Below are positions 13,203-24,782 of a DNA stretch of 64,000 nt, piece by piece. The translations under genes and the position numbers were made by a program. The stretch is from assembly GCA_951406725.2 (NCBI GenBank), contig OX597835.1, forward strand, positions 30,132,001 to 30,196,000, written 5' to 3'. The notes below the pieces were generated by a model, which did not search any database, was not told the DNA's origin, and saw only the letters and a list, made by a program, of their open reading frames with translations. This DNA comes from Octopus vulgaris (lineage: Eukaryota). Numbering within the stretch: the first letter of the stretch is position 1; every line of letters begins with the position of its first letter.

Positions 13203-13835
13203 GATGATGATGATGATGAGGATGATGAGGATGAGGATGATGGTGTTGGTGATGAGGTAGAAAAGAAAGAGAAAGAGGAAGTAACATTTCGTCTGATGTA
13301 GGAATTGGGGTATCGAGGGTGCTGGCTACTATAAATTCTGGGGATGACATCCGTCAGTGTTGATGGAAAATGGAATGTTCTGGCAAGACATTAGCCCTGC
13401 CCGATTCTACCCACCCACAAACGCATACATATATATATATATACGTACATACATACATACATACATACATACATACATACATTTACATATATACATATAT
13501 ACATGTGTGTGGGTATATATATACATATATAGATATATACACACATAAATATATATATATATATATAAATATATATACACACACATATGTATGCGTATAT
13601 ATTTATATGCATGCACACAACCACACATATAAACATAAACATAGTCACAGATGCAGGCACTTACACAGACGCACGCACATGCATGCACACACACAGAAGG
13701 CTACAGCTGGAATGTACATGTGTAGTGTTTGCATGTAAATATATACATCTATGTGTGAGCGTGCGTATGTGTCTATGTCTGTAAATATATGGATATATGA
13801 ATATATGTATATCTATATATATGTACAGAAATACT

Positions 13836-13882
<47 letters not shown>

Positions 13883-14062
13883 GCGTATGTATTTATGTAA
13901 GTATGTATGTAGGAATATATTTATATTGAGTGTATATAAATGCATATATGTGTGACTGCATTTATATACATGTATATATATTCATATATCTACATATATT
14001 GTGTATATGCTTTCAATCACACTTTCTCCCATATTTTAAGTGTATAAGTGTTTGTGTATATG

Positions 14063-14108
<46 letters not shown>

Positions 14109-14145
14109 TATAGATAGATAGGTATAGATATATGTGTGTGTGTGC

Positions 14146-14189
<44 letters not shown>

Positions 14190-14668
14190 CTGTGTCTGTG
14201 TGTATGCATAAAGAGAAAGAGAGAAAGAAATAGATAAACAGATGCCGTGAAACAGAACAGGGGTCAGTACCCATGACCTTTGAAGGTCATGCCAAACTTG
14301 AGAGATTGATGATGTTCCTTTACTTTCGAACATCTGTAGATCGACTCCCCCACTCCACCCAAGAAAATATCTGCGCGGAGTAAAATGCTTGTGGGATACA
14401 ATGATGGAGGTATTCCTGTTGGGTAAAAATTTATTGTACGAAATGAGTTGACGAGAGGACTAGATTTAGATGCATTGTAGCGGTGAGGATGAAGGGTTAT
14501 GCAAGTAGATTGTCTAGAAGTTAAATATTTCGTGGTAATTGGGAGTGGGGTACAATTGATAAGGTCTTAATAAATGTTAAGAATGTTTAAAGAGCTGAGC
14601 GAGAAAGTGAACGAAATATTTTTTCCATAATTCAATCGTTTCTACTTCGAAGATACAGATCGTTATCT

Positions 14669-14939
14669 TACGGAGATGTACTTGCATAGCAACTGAACTA
14701 ATCCGAGATCGTGTGCTGAAGCAAAAACAACTGTAGCGTGGAAGGTGTTTAAATGCTAATGAAAAACACACAAGATCCCTTAGATCCACTTCAACATTAA
14801 AATTTAATTTGCCCAGATATTTTCGTCGCTTTGAGACCGCGACCTTTTCACTGACAAAAGTCCATGATGCAGCAACGCGCTGAAACCGTGAACAGGTCGC
14901 GGTTTCAAAATGACGAAAATAATTTGGCAAATTAAATTT
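14669..14939. mobile_element. Short insertion with a terminal inverted duplication, flanked by a 12-bp direct repeat
   Basis: AGATCGTTATCT at 14657-14668 and 14940-14951; imperfect inverted arms ~14800-14851 and 14888-14939. Confidence 0.7.
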
Positions 14940-15042
14940 AGATCGTTATCTGAATCATATTAAAACATTTCCATCTTCGATATATTTAAAGAAGATAACA
15001 CGCCAGTAACTGGATAACAGACACAATATATGTGAAAATGTC

Positions 15043-15448
15043 GGCGCAGGCGTGGCTATTGGGTAAGTACCTTGCTTACCAACGACATTGTTCCGGGTTC
15101 AGTCCCACTTTGTGGTACATTGGGCAAGTGTCTTCCACTATAGCCTCGGGCCGACCGAAGGCTTGTGAGTGGATTTGTTAGACGGAAACTGAAAGAAGCC
15201 CGTCGTATATATATGTGTTTGTGTGTTCGTGTGCGTATGTGTGTGCATGTGTTTGCATGCCTGCGTTTCTCCCCCACCTTCGCTTGACAACCGATGTTGG
15301 TGTGTTTACGTCCCCGTAACTTAGGGGTTCGGCAAAAGAGATCCGATAGAATAAGTACTAGGCTTACAAAGAATAAATCCTGGGGCCGATTTGATCGAGC
15401 AAATGAGGTGCTCCAGCATGTCCGCAAGAAATAAAAGAATAAAAGAAC
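15043..15448 (+). mobile_element. SINE family A, full length
   Basis: Colinear with 10809-11238, including the internal (TA)(TG) tract. Confidence 0.9.
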
Positions 15449-16182
15449 AGGGGGGAAACGTTGTATTGAAAACCCGTGAGACACTCTCCACCGGGGCTTG
15501 TTTAACTATGTTAGGTTGGGAAGACAGGTGGAAAATAGGGTGTAACTAGTGTAAGCAGATCTGATGCTCGTTGCGACGAGGAGAATAGTTATAGAGTTAT
15601 GGAGTCAGATGAAACTACGTCGTGTCAATATCTTTAAGTTGTCTCCAGAGAATCAAGCTCGACGGCGCATTAATGAGGATTTGCAAAATGACATCTCCGT
15701 AGTTGTTCCTCTTATTGTTGTTGCTGTTAAAATTGGTGGTATTGTTGTTGTTGTGGATACTATTATTCTTGATGTGGTTCTTAATCTCAGTGTTCTCATT
15801 GTCGTTTGTTATTGTTGCCAGTATTTCTGTTGATATTTTCCTTGTTATTCCCAACTTTGATGCATTGATTACTGTTGTTGTTGTTGGTGGTGTGGTGGTG
15901 GTGGTGGTAATGATATTGCTGTTAATGTTGATATTGTCATCTTTTAATCTTTTATTTGTTTCAGCCATTTCACCGCGGCCATGCTGAGCTACCAGCTCGA
16001 CAAATTTCTAGTCGACTACATGATATATATATATATATATATATATAAGAAAATAGTAAAGTGTGAAAAAACGACAGAAAGCTTAAATGTTAAAAAATAT
16101 ATATATTTGTGTCAAAATGTCTGGAGAATTTTGGAAAAAATTTTTTCCTTTCCTTAAAATGACATAATTTTAAAATTTTTAA

Positions 16183-16220
16183 AGAAATTACCGGTTTCGC
16201 GTGTAGCTTTTCAAATTTCT
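16183..16220 (-). ncRNA. Minimal type-I hammerhead ribozyme, U3:A8 core variant
   Basis: Minus strand AGAAAT-TTGAAAA-GC-tacac-GC-GAAA-CCGG-TA-ATTTCT: 6-bp stem I, 2-bp stem II, palindromic stem III, GUA triplet. Confidence 0.8.
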
Positions 16221-16330
16221 TGTGACGTTATGTTTATATTGCATGGAATTATCGTTGTTTTTATTTCCAGGAGATTTCTAAATAAGGGGAGGTAGTGAGT
16301 GATTTTTTCCGGTGTAGGGGAGATAATCGC

Positions 16331-16361
<31 letters not shown>

Positions 16362-16372
16362 CCTTTTCCTTG

Positions 16373-17167
16373 TTAATTTATCTGTGTCAGTATGTTCGGA
16401 TGGTTGAGTCTGGGTTTGTACTTTTCAATGAAGAATGTTTCCTTGTTCAGTCTCATTTGTGTTGATGATCCGAAAGCACATTGGTAAAATGGGAAGATTA
16501 AAAATTGTGGCAGTAGTTGCTTTGCGCATTTCTCAATGTGCTCACTAAAAGGTATCATTCTATATTCTGGGAATGCAATCTGTTGTCGATGCAGTGTGCA
16601 TCTGCGCCTGAGTGATAGTCCCGTGGAACCCACGTAGTCTTGGTGGCAGCCCGAGCATTTAATAACATAAATTATGTTTTCAGAGGCACAAGTAAAGTTA
16701 GATTTGATCTTAAATTTCTGTCCCTCTTTAAAGAAGAATTCTGATCCTTCCAATAGGTTAGGACATGTTGCACAGTTCGATCTACCACATTTTTTTACTT
16801 TTGCATCCGTAATTTTAGAAGACAATTTTGCCTTTGTGAGAATCTTTTTAAGTGATTTAGGCTGTTTGTAGCTTTTAATGATTTGGTGTATGTTTAGAAT
16901 TTCCTTTAATTTTGGGTTTTTATGAAGTATTGGTAAATTCTGGGTGATGATGGTGAAGGCTTCTTTGTTTCTGGGGTTGTATGTAGATATGTAAGGTAGT
17001 ATTTTCGGGGAAGGTGTGTTGTTGTGTTGAACTTTTCTTAAAGTTTCTATGTTGATTTCTGTTGCACGTCTGATCCCATCCTCTATGAGTTGAGCTGGGT
17101 AATGTCTGTCAATTAGGGTGTTTTTGAGTTCTTGCAGTCTAAAGTTCCCACGTGCTTTACCAAACAA
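16373..17167 (-). CDS. PLE C-terminal region (thumb, Cys linker, GIY-YIG), 5'-truncated
   Basis: CGRSNCATC, NFTCASENIIYVIKCSGCHQDYVGST, LHRQQI, IFPFY, ETFFIEKYKPRLN; homologous to the C-terminus of the 7023 ORF. Confidence 0.9.
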   Translation of the reverse strand: MFGKARGNFRLQELKNTLIDRHYPAQLIEDGIRRATEINIETLRKVQHNNTPSPKILPYISTYNPRNKEAFTIITQNLPILHKNPKLKEILNIHQIIKSYKQPKSLKKILTKAKLSSKITDAKVKKCGRSNCATCPNLLEGSEFFFKEGQKFKIKSNFTCASENIIYVIKCSGCHQDYVGSTGLSLRRRCTLHRQQIAFPEYRMIPFSEHIEKCAKQLLPQFLIFPFYQCAFGSSTQMRLNKETFFIEKYKPRLNHPNILTQIN

Positions 17168-17172
17168 ACTTT

Positions 17173-17242
<70 letters not shown>

Positions 17243-17243
17243 G

Positions 17244-18773
17244 TCAGAACTAGGGATTATTAGCAAAGAAATTTTAGATAAAATAAATACGAAAATTAAG
17301 ACCGATACTAGGCTAGTGCAATGGTCCAATAGTATAGAAGTCGTAGACTGGTTTAAAGCTATTAAGAATAAGAAAAAAGCGAGGTTTACACAATTCGATA
17401 TTGTTGATTTTTATGCCTCTATCTCTAAAGAACTGCTAGATAAAGCCCTAATCTTCGCTAGTGACTTCATAGAAATTAGTACCAATGATAAGGATATAAT
17501 CTTCCATGCTAGAAAGACATTACTTTTCAGTGAGAATGCAAAGTGGGTAAAAAACACCGACACGGAGGGCGCTTTCGATGTGAGCATGGGTTCATATGAT
17601 GGGGCAGGCATCTGTGATCTAATTGGACTCTTTCTCCTAGATACCTTCGGTAAGACATTCCCTAACGTACATTTCGCCATCTACAAAGATGATGCCCTCG
17701 CCTTAACAGCTAATACAAATGGACCAGCACAAGATCGTTTTAGGAAGGATATTATCCAGTTAATGAAACACTTCGGACTTAGTATAACTATAGACACTAA
17801 CCTGACGGTTGTCAATTTCTTAGACGTTTCCTTAGATCTTAATAATAATATTTATAAGCCTTATAGGAAGCCCAATGATAGACTAAGTTATATTAATGTA
17901 GGTTCATGCCATCCCCCTATAGTATTCAAAAATTTAGTTAAAAATATTAGTATGAGGATTTCTAGCCTCTCATCTAATGAGGACATCTTTAATAGCGTTG
18001 CCCCAGTTTATAATAAAGCTTTAAAAGATAGTGGTTTTAGCGAAAAAATAAAATATACACCTATCACCAGCCCAACAATAAGGAAAAGGAATAATAGAAA
18101 TAGGAAGGTCATCTGGTTTACGCCCCCTTACTCACCCGAGGTGGCCTTCAATATAGGTAAATATTTCCTAGCACTGATAGATAGACATTTTCCAGTTAAC
18201 CATGCTTATAGGAAACTCTTCAATAGACACAATTTAAAAATTAGTTTTAGTTCAACTACCAATTTTAAAAACATAATCAATCATAACATACAAAAAACAC
18301 AAGAAGAAAACAGCTGTTCATGCAGGAATAAAGAATTGTGCCCGCTAAATGGAGCTTGCATGTCCAAGACCATCATATATGAAGCTACCGTAAACTCTAT
18401 AACCACTAAAGACACCGTTTCGACGAAGAAATACGTGGGCCTGACAGAGGGTAATTTCAAGGCCAGGTTCAATAACCACACTTTGAGCTTTAGGCACTGG
18501 AACAAAAGAAAAGCGACACAATTATCCAATCATATTTGGTCTTTAAGAGATAAAGGTGTCGATTATAACATACAATGGAAGATTTTGGCCAGATGTAAGC
18601 CCTATACTAACGGCAGCGGAAGGTGCGGTTTATGCGACATGGAGAGATGGCTTATCTGGAAAAGCAGCTTAGACCCTACCACATGTCTAAATACAAGGAC
18701 AGAGCTTTTCGGATCATGCCCACATGTGACTAAATTTCTGTTACGTTTTTGGTCCCATAAAGAAAACGGATAG
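17244..18773 (+). CDS. Naiad-type PLE RT + GIY-YIG (frame open from 17244, N-terminus truncated)
   Basis: SELGIISKEILD, FDIVDFYASI, FDVSMGSYDGA, YKDDAL, FLDVSLDL, IWFTPPYS, CSCRNKELCPLNGAC, IIYEATV..YVGLTE, RCGLC, SCPH. Clade assigned from recalled motifs. Confidence 0.9.
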   Translation, partial: SELGIISKEILDKINTKIKTDTRLVQWSNSIEVVDWFKAIKNKKKARFTQFDIVDFYASISKELLDKALIFASDFIEISTNDKDIIFHARKTLLFSENAKWVKNTDTEGAFDVSMGSYDGAGICDLIGLFLLDTFGKTFPNVHFAIYKDDALALTANTNGPAQDRFRKDIIQLMKHFGLSITIDTNLTVVNFLDVSLDLNNNIYKPYRKPNDRLSYINVGSCHPPIVFKNLVKNISMRISSLSSNEDIFNSVAPVYNKALKDSGFSEKIKYTPITSPTIRKRNNRNRKVIWFTPPYSPEVAFNIGKYFLALIDRHFPVNHAYRKLFNRHNLKISFSSTTNFKNIINHNIQKTQEENSCSCRNKELCPLNGACMSKTIIYEATVNSITTKDTVSTKKYVGLTEGNFKARFNNHTLSFRHWNKRKATQLSNHIWSLRDKGVDYNIQWKILARCKPYTNGSGRCGLCDMERWLIWKSSLDPTTCLNTRTELFGSCPHVTKFLLRFWSHKENG

Positions 18774-18967
18774 AACATGCTTTCTGTGTTATGTCCCAAG
18801 AAGATTTTATATATTTTTATATATTTTTATATATTTTTATGTATTTTTATATAATTTTTATGACGAAAAATGCGAGCGATGTATAAGTACGCAGGCAAAG
18901 CAGAGTTATAACAGAGTAATTTCCCTTCATTTTTAACGGTATTTTTTCATAACGTTTTCAAATAGCC

Positions 18968-19030
18968 AGATAACCGAAGAGATGGTGTTGTGGATTTCCA
19001 CTTCGGCATCTGAAACTCAGAGTTTTATCT
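18968..19030 (+). ncRNA. Type-I hammerhead ribozyme in the Naiad 3' UTR
   Basis: AGATAA-CCGAAGA-GATG..GTGGA-tt-TCCAC..CATC-T-GAAA-CTC-A-GAG-TT-TTATCT; stem I AGATAA/TTATCT. Confidence 0.8.
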
Positions 19031-19146
19031 TGACTACCGAGTAATGTAACATATTGTATAGATAAATTTCCTCTATTTACATAATATTGAGGTCTCTTTC
19101 TTTCTTTTGTTATCTTACCGTTTTATCAATATATATATATATATAT

Positions 19147-19228
<82 letters not shown>

Positions 19229-20256
19229 CAATTAATTTTTGCTATTGGGAAAACCGCAAAAGTCAAAATGTAAGTGGGGCTCCCGTCAGCCCTTGCCAGA
19301 CTTTTCAAATTTATTTCTGGACAAATACCTCAGTAACAAGGGTATCAACGGTGTGTATACATTAAGTATGAGACACAGATGTCTGTTTTAACAAATCGTT
19401 GTTATTGTTAGTCATGTTATGTTTGTTGTTGTTGTAAGATTATTTATCTCTGCTCTAATTACTGTCGTTCTTCTTATTTTACAACTGTTGCTGATGTTAT
19501 TGTTGTCAGTGAGGAAAATGCCGACGATGACAATGATAGTAGTGATGGCAATGATGATTATGATGATGATGGTGGTGGTGGTGGTGGTGGTGGTGGTCGT
19601 CGTCGTCGTCATGTTGACGGTGGTGATGACGATGGTGATGACGTCGATTGTGAGATATTAAACTGTTGATGTCCCAAGAGATAAATAAGACATTTATCAG
19701 AAAGCTATTAATGTCACTTACGTGGCCATTGTTGCTGTCGTTGATGTCGTTGTTGCTGTTGTTGCTCGTGATAACGATGACGACAACGACGATGATGATC
19801 ATGCTGATGATGATATAGATGGTGATGGTGGTGGTGGTGGCGGTTATTGTGGTGGTAGGGATGATGATGATGTTGAGAATAATGATGTTGATGATGACGG
19901 TGGTGGTGCTGCTGTTTGTGACGGTGTTAATATTGATGATGACGACGATGATATTTATGACAATGATAGTAGTGATATCGATGATGACGATGATGATGTT
20001 GACGATGACGATAATGATGATGATAACGACGACGATGATGATTATGATAGTGGTAGTGATGATGATAATGATGATGATGATGATGATGATGATAGAAGTG
20101 ATGTTGATGATAATGATACCATCATCATCATTGTTATTGTCGTCGTCGTAATCGTCATCTTCGCCTTTGTCTTCAACAACGTCACCATCCCACCACCACC
20201 ATCATCATCACCACCACCACCATCATCCACCACCACCACCACCACACCACACCACC

Positions 20257-20287
<31 letters not shown>

Positions 20288-20334
20288 CCATCACCACCAT
20301 CATCACCACCATCACCACCACAACCACCACCACA

Positions 20335-20368
<34 letters not shown>

Positions 20369-21181
20369 TCATCACCATCACCACCATCACCACCACCACC
20401 ACCACCACAACCACCACCACCACCACCACCACCACCACCACCATCATCATCATCGTCATCATCCTCATCATCATCATCATCATTCACATCGTGGGTATGA
20501 TAATAAATGATGTTGTTAGTGCCCTCTGATGTAGACATATATGTTATGTGATTTGGGTGTTGTTACTGTTGCTGTTGTTGCTAATGTCACCGGTGTGCTG
20601 CTGCCGCTGCTACTGCCGCTGCTGCTGCTGCTGCTCTCTGTAACGGTGAATACATTACATTATCAATGTCTCCAATATCCCCCGCTCCGCCTCTCTGCCC
20701 TCCCAGACGCAGACACTTATCAGTTGTGTTCTCTCAGTGTTAATAATGTTGTTTCGTCTACCCTGCTTGTTCTCGTTAATAATAGGGGTATCAACTACAT
20801 AAACATCACCATCACCATCATCATCATCATCATCATCACCATCAGCACTATCGTCACCTTCGTTATCATTGTTCCGATCCCACTGTCATCATGAACAAGC
20901 ATCAGCACCATCGCTGCCATTGACGCTACCATCGCTGCCATTGACGCTACCATCGCTATCACCTACAGCACCGACATCGATTGCATCACCATCACCCCCC
21001 ACCACCACAACTATCATAACAACCACCACCACCACCACCACCACCACCACCATCACCACAACCATCATCATCTCCAACACCGCCAGTGCCGCCGCCGCCA
21101 CCACAGCCATCGCCACCATCATGATTACCACCACCACCGTCACCACAACCATCATCACCTAAAAACAGACTGAATGGTCAG

Positions 21182-21720
21182 TTCGCAGCATGTAAGAAAA
21201 TGCTCTCCTTTGCGACTTATGAGCCAAAAGTTCTGTTTTCAAGCCTTTCAACTCCTTATACAACGCAGCAATTTTCTTTGTCGTATCCCCCTGTCTTATC
21301 AACCTTGATAAGAGCTAAAGTTGACCTCGACGGAATGATATCTGAGCTCTATTCGCAGCATGTATGAGCTCTCCTCGTGGCCTATGAGGAAGAAAGCTCT
21401 ATTCTAAATCTTTTCGAATCCGTCTGTGACAGAGCAATTTTCTTCTTCATGGTCACTTACTAGAGAAAGTTGCTGGTTCAATCTTGATGAAAGGTAATGT
21501 AGACTTAGAACGTAAAGACGGAGGGATGGAATGCCACCCATGTAAGCTTTATTCGCAGCATGTAAGGTAGAACTCTCCACGCGGCTTACGCGGAAAGTAA
21601 GTTCTGTTCTCAAGTCTTTCAATTCCGTCTGCAACATAGCAATTTTCTTCTTCGTAGCCACCTGCTCGAGAAATGTGCTTGTTCAACCTCTCCGATAGAC
21701 CCAGCTCATAGCCGGATCCG
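21182..21720. repeat. Three diverged tandem units of ~170-200 bp
   Basis: TTCGCAGCATGTA at ~21182, ~21352 and ~21552, each followed by '..ctctcc..', 'aag[tc]tct.tt' and 'gcaattttct'. Confidence 0.8.
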
Positions 21721-22020
21721 TGCCTCGCGTGATAACAACTGTTGGGCATAAACCGGCAAATCCGCATTGCACAGACTTTGGACGAGTGCTTGCCTCACGG
21801 TATTTGGTCACCAGGGACACAGTGTTTCGTAAATAAGAGATCTTGAAAATCTGAATGAGTTTCACAATAATACCCAGGAGAGTAATTTTACTTGTTTTGA
21901 CAAAATGTCAACCTGTCATCCTTTAGTTGTTGGGGGTTGTACTTAAAAATAAACAAGACGACAAAAGCAACAACAACAAGAACAAAAATGCTACTAGCAA
22001 TAGTATTAGTAGTTGTTATG

Positions 22021-22145
<125 letters not shown>

Positions 22146-22477
22146 AAGAAGAAGAAGAAGAAGAAGAAGAAGAAGAAGAAGATGGCAAAAAATAGAAGAA
22201 GAAGAAGAAAAACAACAACAACAACAGTAAAGAAGAAGAAGAAGAAGAAGAAGATGGCAAAAAATAGAAGAGTGCAAGAACAAGAACAAGAAGAAAAAGA
22301 AGAAAAAGAAGAAGAAAAAAGAGAAACGAAAAAGAAAAAGAAGACGAAGTAGAAAGGAAGGGAAAGAAAAATGAAAAAAGAAGAGGGAAAGAGGAAGAAG
22401 AAGAACAACAACAACAACAATACCAGCATGAAGAATAGTAGTAGTAGAAGTATTAGTAGTAGTAGTGGTGGTGATCT

Positions 22478-22656
22478 GAAATTTGGGGGGGGGGGGGCTA
22501 CTCGATTACGTTCAGGTAGTACTTATTTCATGGTCCTCGAAAGGATGAAAGACAAAAGTCGTCCCACTCGGAATTTGAACTCAGAACATGAAGGTGGACG
22601 AAATGCCGCTAAGAATCCTGCCCTGCTTGCTAATGGTTCTGCCAGCTCGTCGCCTT
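22478..22656 (-). mobile_element. SINE family B
   Basis: 'cgaaaggatgaaagacaaaagtcg..cggaatttgaactcagaac..ctgccagctcgtcgcctt'. Confidence 0.85.
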
Positions 22657-22657
22657 A

Positions 22658-22689
<32 letters not shown>

Positions 22690-23547
22690 AATAATAATAA
22701 TGATAATAATAATGATAATAATAATAATAATAGCAACAATAATAAAAACAAAAAGAACTACACCAACAGGAAAATCAACAATGTCAAGAAGGCGAACACC
22801 ACCACCACCACCACCAAGAACAACAACAACAACGGAAAGATGGAGGAAGAGGAGGAGGGGAGGAGGGCGACGAGAAAAAGAAGTGGAGGAGGAGGGGGAA
22901 GGGGGAGAAAGAGGAGAAGGAAAAGAAGAAGGAAGAGGAGGGGGAGGAAAAGAAGAAGAAGAAGAAGAAGAAGAAGAAGAAGAAGAAGAAGAAGAAGAAG
23001 AAGAAGAAAAAAAAAGATGGGGAAGGAGAAGAAAAAGAACATGAAGTGGAAGAAAGATCTGCCGACAGTCTCTAGAGTTCTATTACATGATATTTGTCAG
23101 TTTGTCTTCCTAAATATCCTGAGTGGGGCGGAGGGGTTCTTTTCGTTTTTTTTTTTTTTGATGGCTTCTTGTGTCCTGTGTGGTTTGCTATAACGTGCTA
23201 ACATTCTCTGCTTCTCTTCTCATTCCATTCCGACGAAGTAGTCTAAGGAAGGAAGAAGAAGAAGAAGAAGAAGAAGAAGAAGAAGAAGAAGAAGAAGAAG
23301 AAGAAGAAGAAGAAGAAGAAGAAGAAGAAGAAGAAGAAGAAGAAGAAGAAGAAGAAGAAGAAGAAGAAGAAGAAGAGGAACCTGATGAAGAAGAAGAAAA
23401 AGAAGAAGTGGAAGAAGAGGAAGCAGAAGAAGAAGAAGAAGAAGAAGAAGAAGAAGAAGAAGAAGAAGAAGAAGAAGAAGAAGAAGAAGAAGAAGAAGAA
23501 GAAGAAGAAGAAGAAGAAGAAGAAGAAGAAGAAGAAGAAGAAGAAGA

Positions 23548-23576
<29 letters not shown>

Positions 23577-23578
<2 letters not shown>

Positions 23579-24655
23579 CCGCGCTAAGAGCGACGTGTTC
23601 AGTTTCCAGTTACCGCGACCCAGCCTATGTGTCTCATTTAAGTCGAGCGTACACGTCACAAATTTGTGATCTGTGTAGCTGACTATTTTAAATTGTGGAC
23701 TTTCTACACTATCTCTATCCTCTGTCCTACATAGAACTCTACTTAGATACGATCTCGACGATCCGACGCGCTTTGTCCAAGTCCACGTTGGCACATTCGG
23801 ATGGCCGAGTCGGAACCTGTCAAACAAATGGAAACGTCTGATCAGGTCTTTGAGGCACTTACATCCCCTTCTTTTCCTATCCATTCCCACATAGTCTAGA
23901 TGCGTGTCCAAGGTAGCGTTCCAGTTCCCTACTAACAGTAAAGGTCGAGACGTTCCCAGGAAAACCTCTAGACGTCTGAAGAAATCCGCCCGACCCGTTA
24001 AGGACGGTGCATACACTGCCATCAGACGGAAAGCACACCCATTTCTGCCATCAACGTCCAAGACAACCAGTTTACCCTCCGGGTTTGGGAATATAGATCT
24101 TACTTTTACGTTTAGACTCTTCCGAAAAAGCACCGCGGTAACACCACCCATGCTTGGCAGACAGGGAGAAAAATAAATGTCGAATTGTCCGCCAAACATG
24201 GACGTGAGGGTCCGCGAGTTACTGAGTCTCGTTTCACTGATAGCGACTATATCCACGTTCAGTGACTTGATGTCATTTAGAAGATAACCTCGCTTCCAAG
24301 CTGACGCCAAGCCACGTTCATTCACACAACATAATTTAAGCATAATTCAGGTCGAACATTTGTGTTTCATACACAATTGTAAAAGAGACGAGAGGGAAGG
24401 TTACTTACTCGTTTCGAAAGTTTTAGTAGTTTCCTCCTCTTTTGAATTATCTTGGAGGAGGTTTTTGAAAAGTCTCTTCGAGAAGTATTTTTGGAATCCC
24501 CCGACTGCATTTGGTAAGAGGGTTTTGAGTGCGTGGTGCTGCGTTTGTGTGATGTGTACTATTTCTATGTATGTCTGTGGTGTAGTGCGTGGATGATTGT
24601 TAAGTTTAAAATCATCTTCACAAATATTTGTGTGAGATGCGATGGTTTTCGACAA
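23577..24655 (-). mobile_element. L1/Tx1-type LINE fragment: possible ORF1 end plus ORF2 APE endonuclease (ATG 24343), broken at a microsatellite
   Basis: CVNERGL, DIVAISET, AVYAP, VGNWNA, SRSYLSRV, YTDHK, WKLNTSLL are APE motifs, some degenerate. The poly-Y/F tail of the listed ORF is microsatellite read-through. Confidence 0.9.
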
Positions 24656-24660
24656 ATAGA

Positions 24661-24692
<32 letters not shown>

Positions 24693-24728
24693 TAGATAGA
24701 TAGGTAGATAGATAGACAGAGAGACAGT

Positions 24729-24780
<52 letters not shown>

Positions 24781-24782
<2 letters not shown>

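Larger units (their letters stand above)
16048..17174 (-). mobile_element. 5'-truncated Neptune-type PLE with (TA)n on both sides
   Basis: GIY-YIG ORF plus 3' UTR with hammerhead; (TA)n at 16024-16047 and 17175-17242. Confidence 0.92.
17243..19130 (+). mobile_element. 5'-truncated Naiad-type PLE with (TA)n on both sides
   Basis: RT + GIY-YIG ORF; 3' UTR with a 10-bp tandem repeat (ATATTTTTAT, ~18805-18860) and a hammerhead; ends in (TA)n(TAGA)n. Confidence 0.92.

Noticed and set aside
14820-14920. Hammerhead within the 14.8-kb inverted arms
   Set aside because: GTGAACA could be a G3:C8 core, but GAAA and stems I/III are missing.
17244-18960. Selenoprotein/SECIS, known in some Naiad PLEs
   Set aside because: No in-frame TGA in the ORF, and the ATGA at ~18860 lacks a convincing SECIS stem.
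21182-21720. CRISPR-like array
   Set aside because: Whole units are homologous (no unique spacers), eukaryotic context, no cas genes.
23243-23576. C-terminal poly-Y/F part of the 366-aa ORF
   Set aside because: Read-through into (TTA)n(TTC)n after the LINE fragment breaks.
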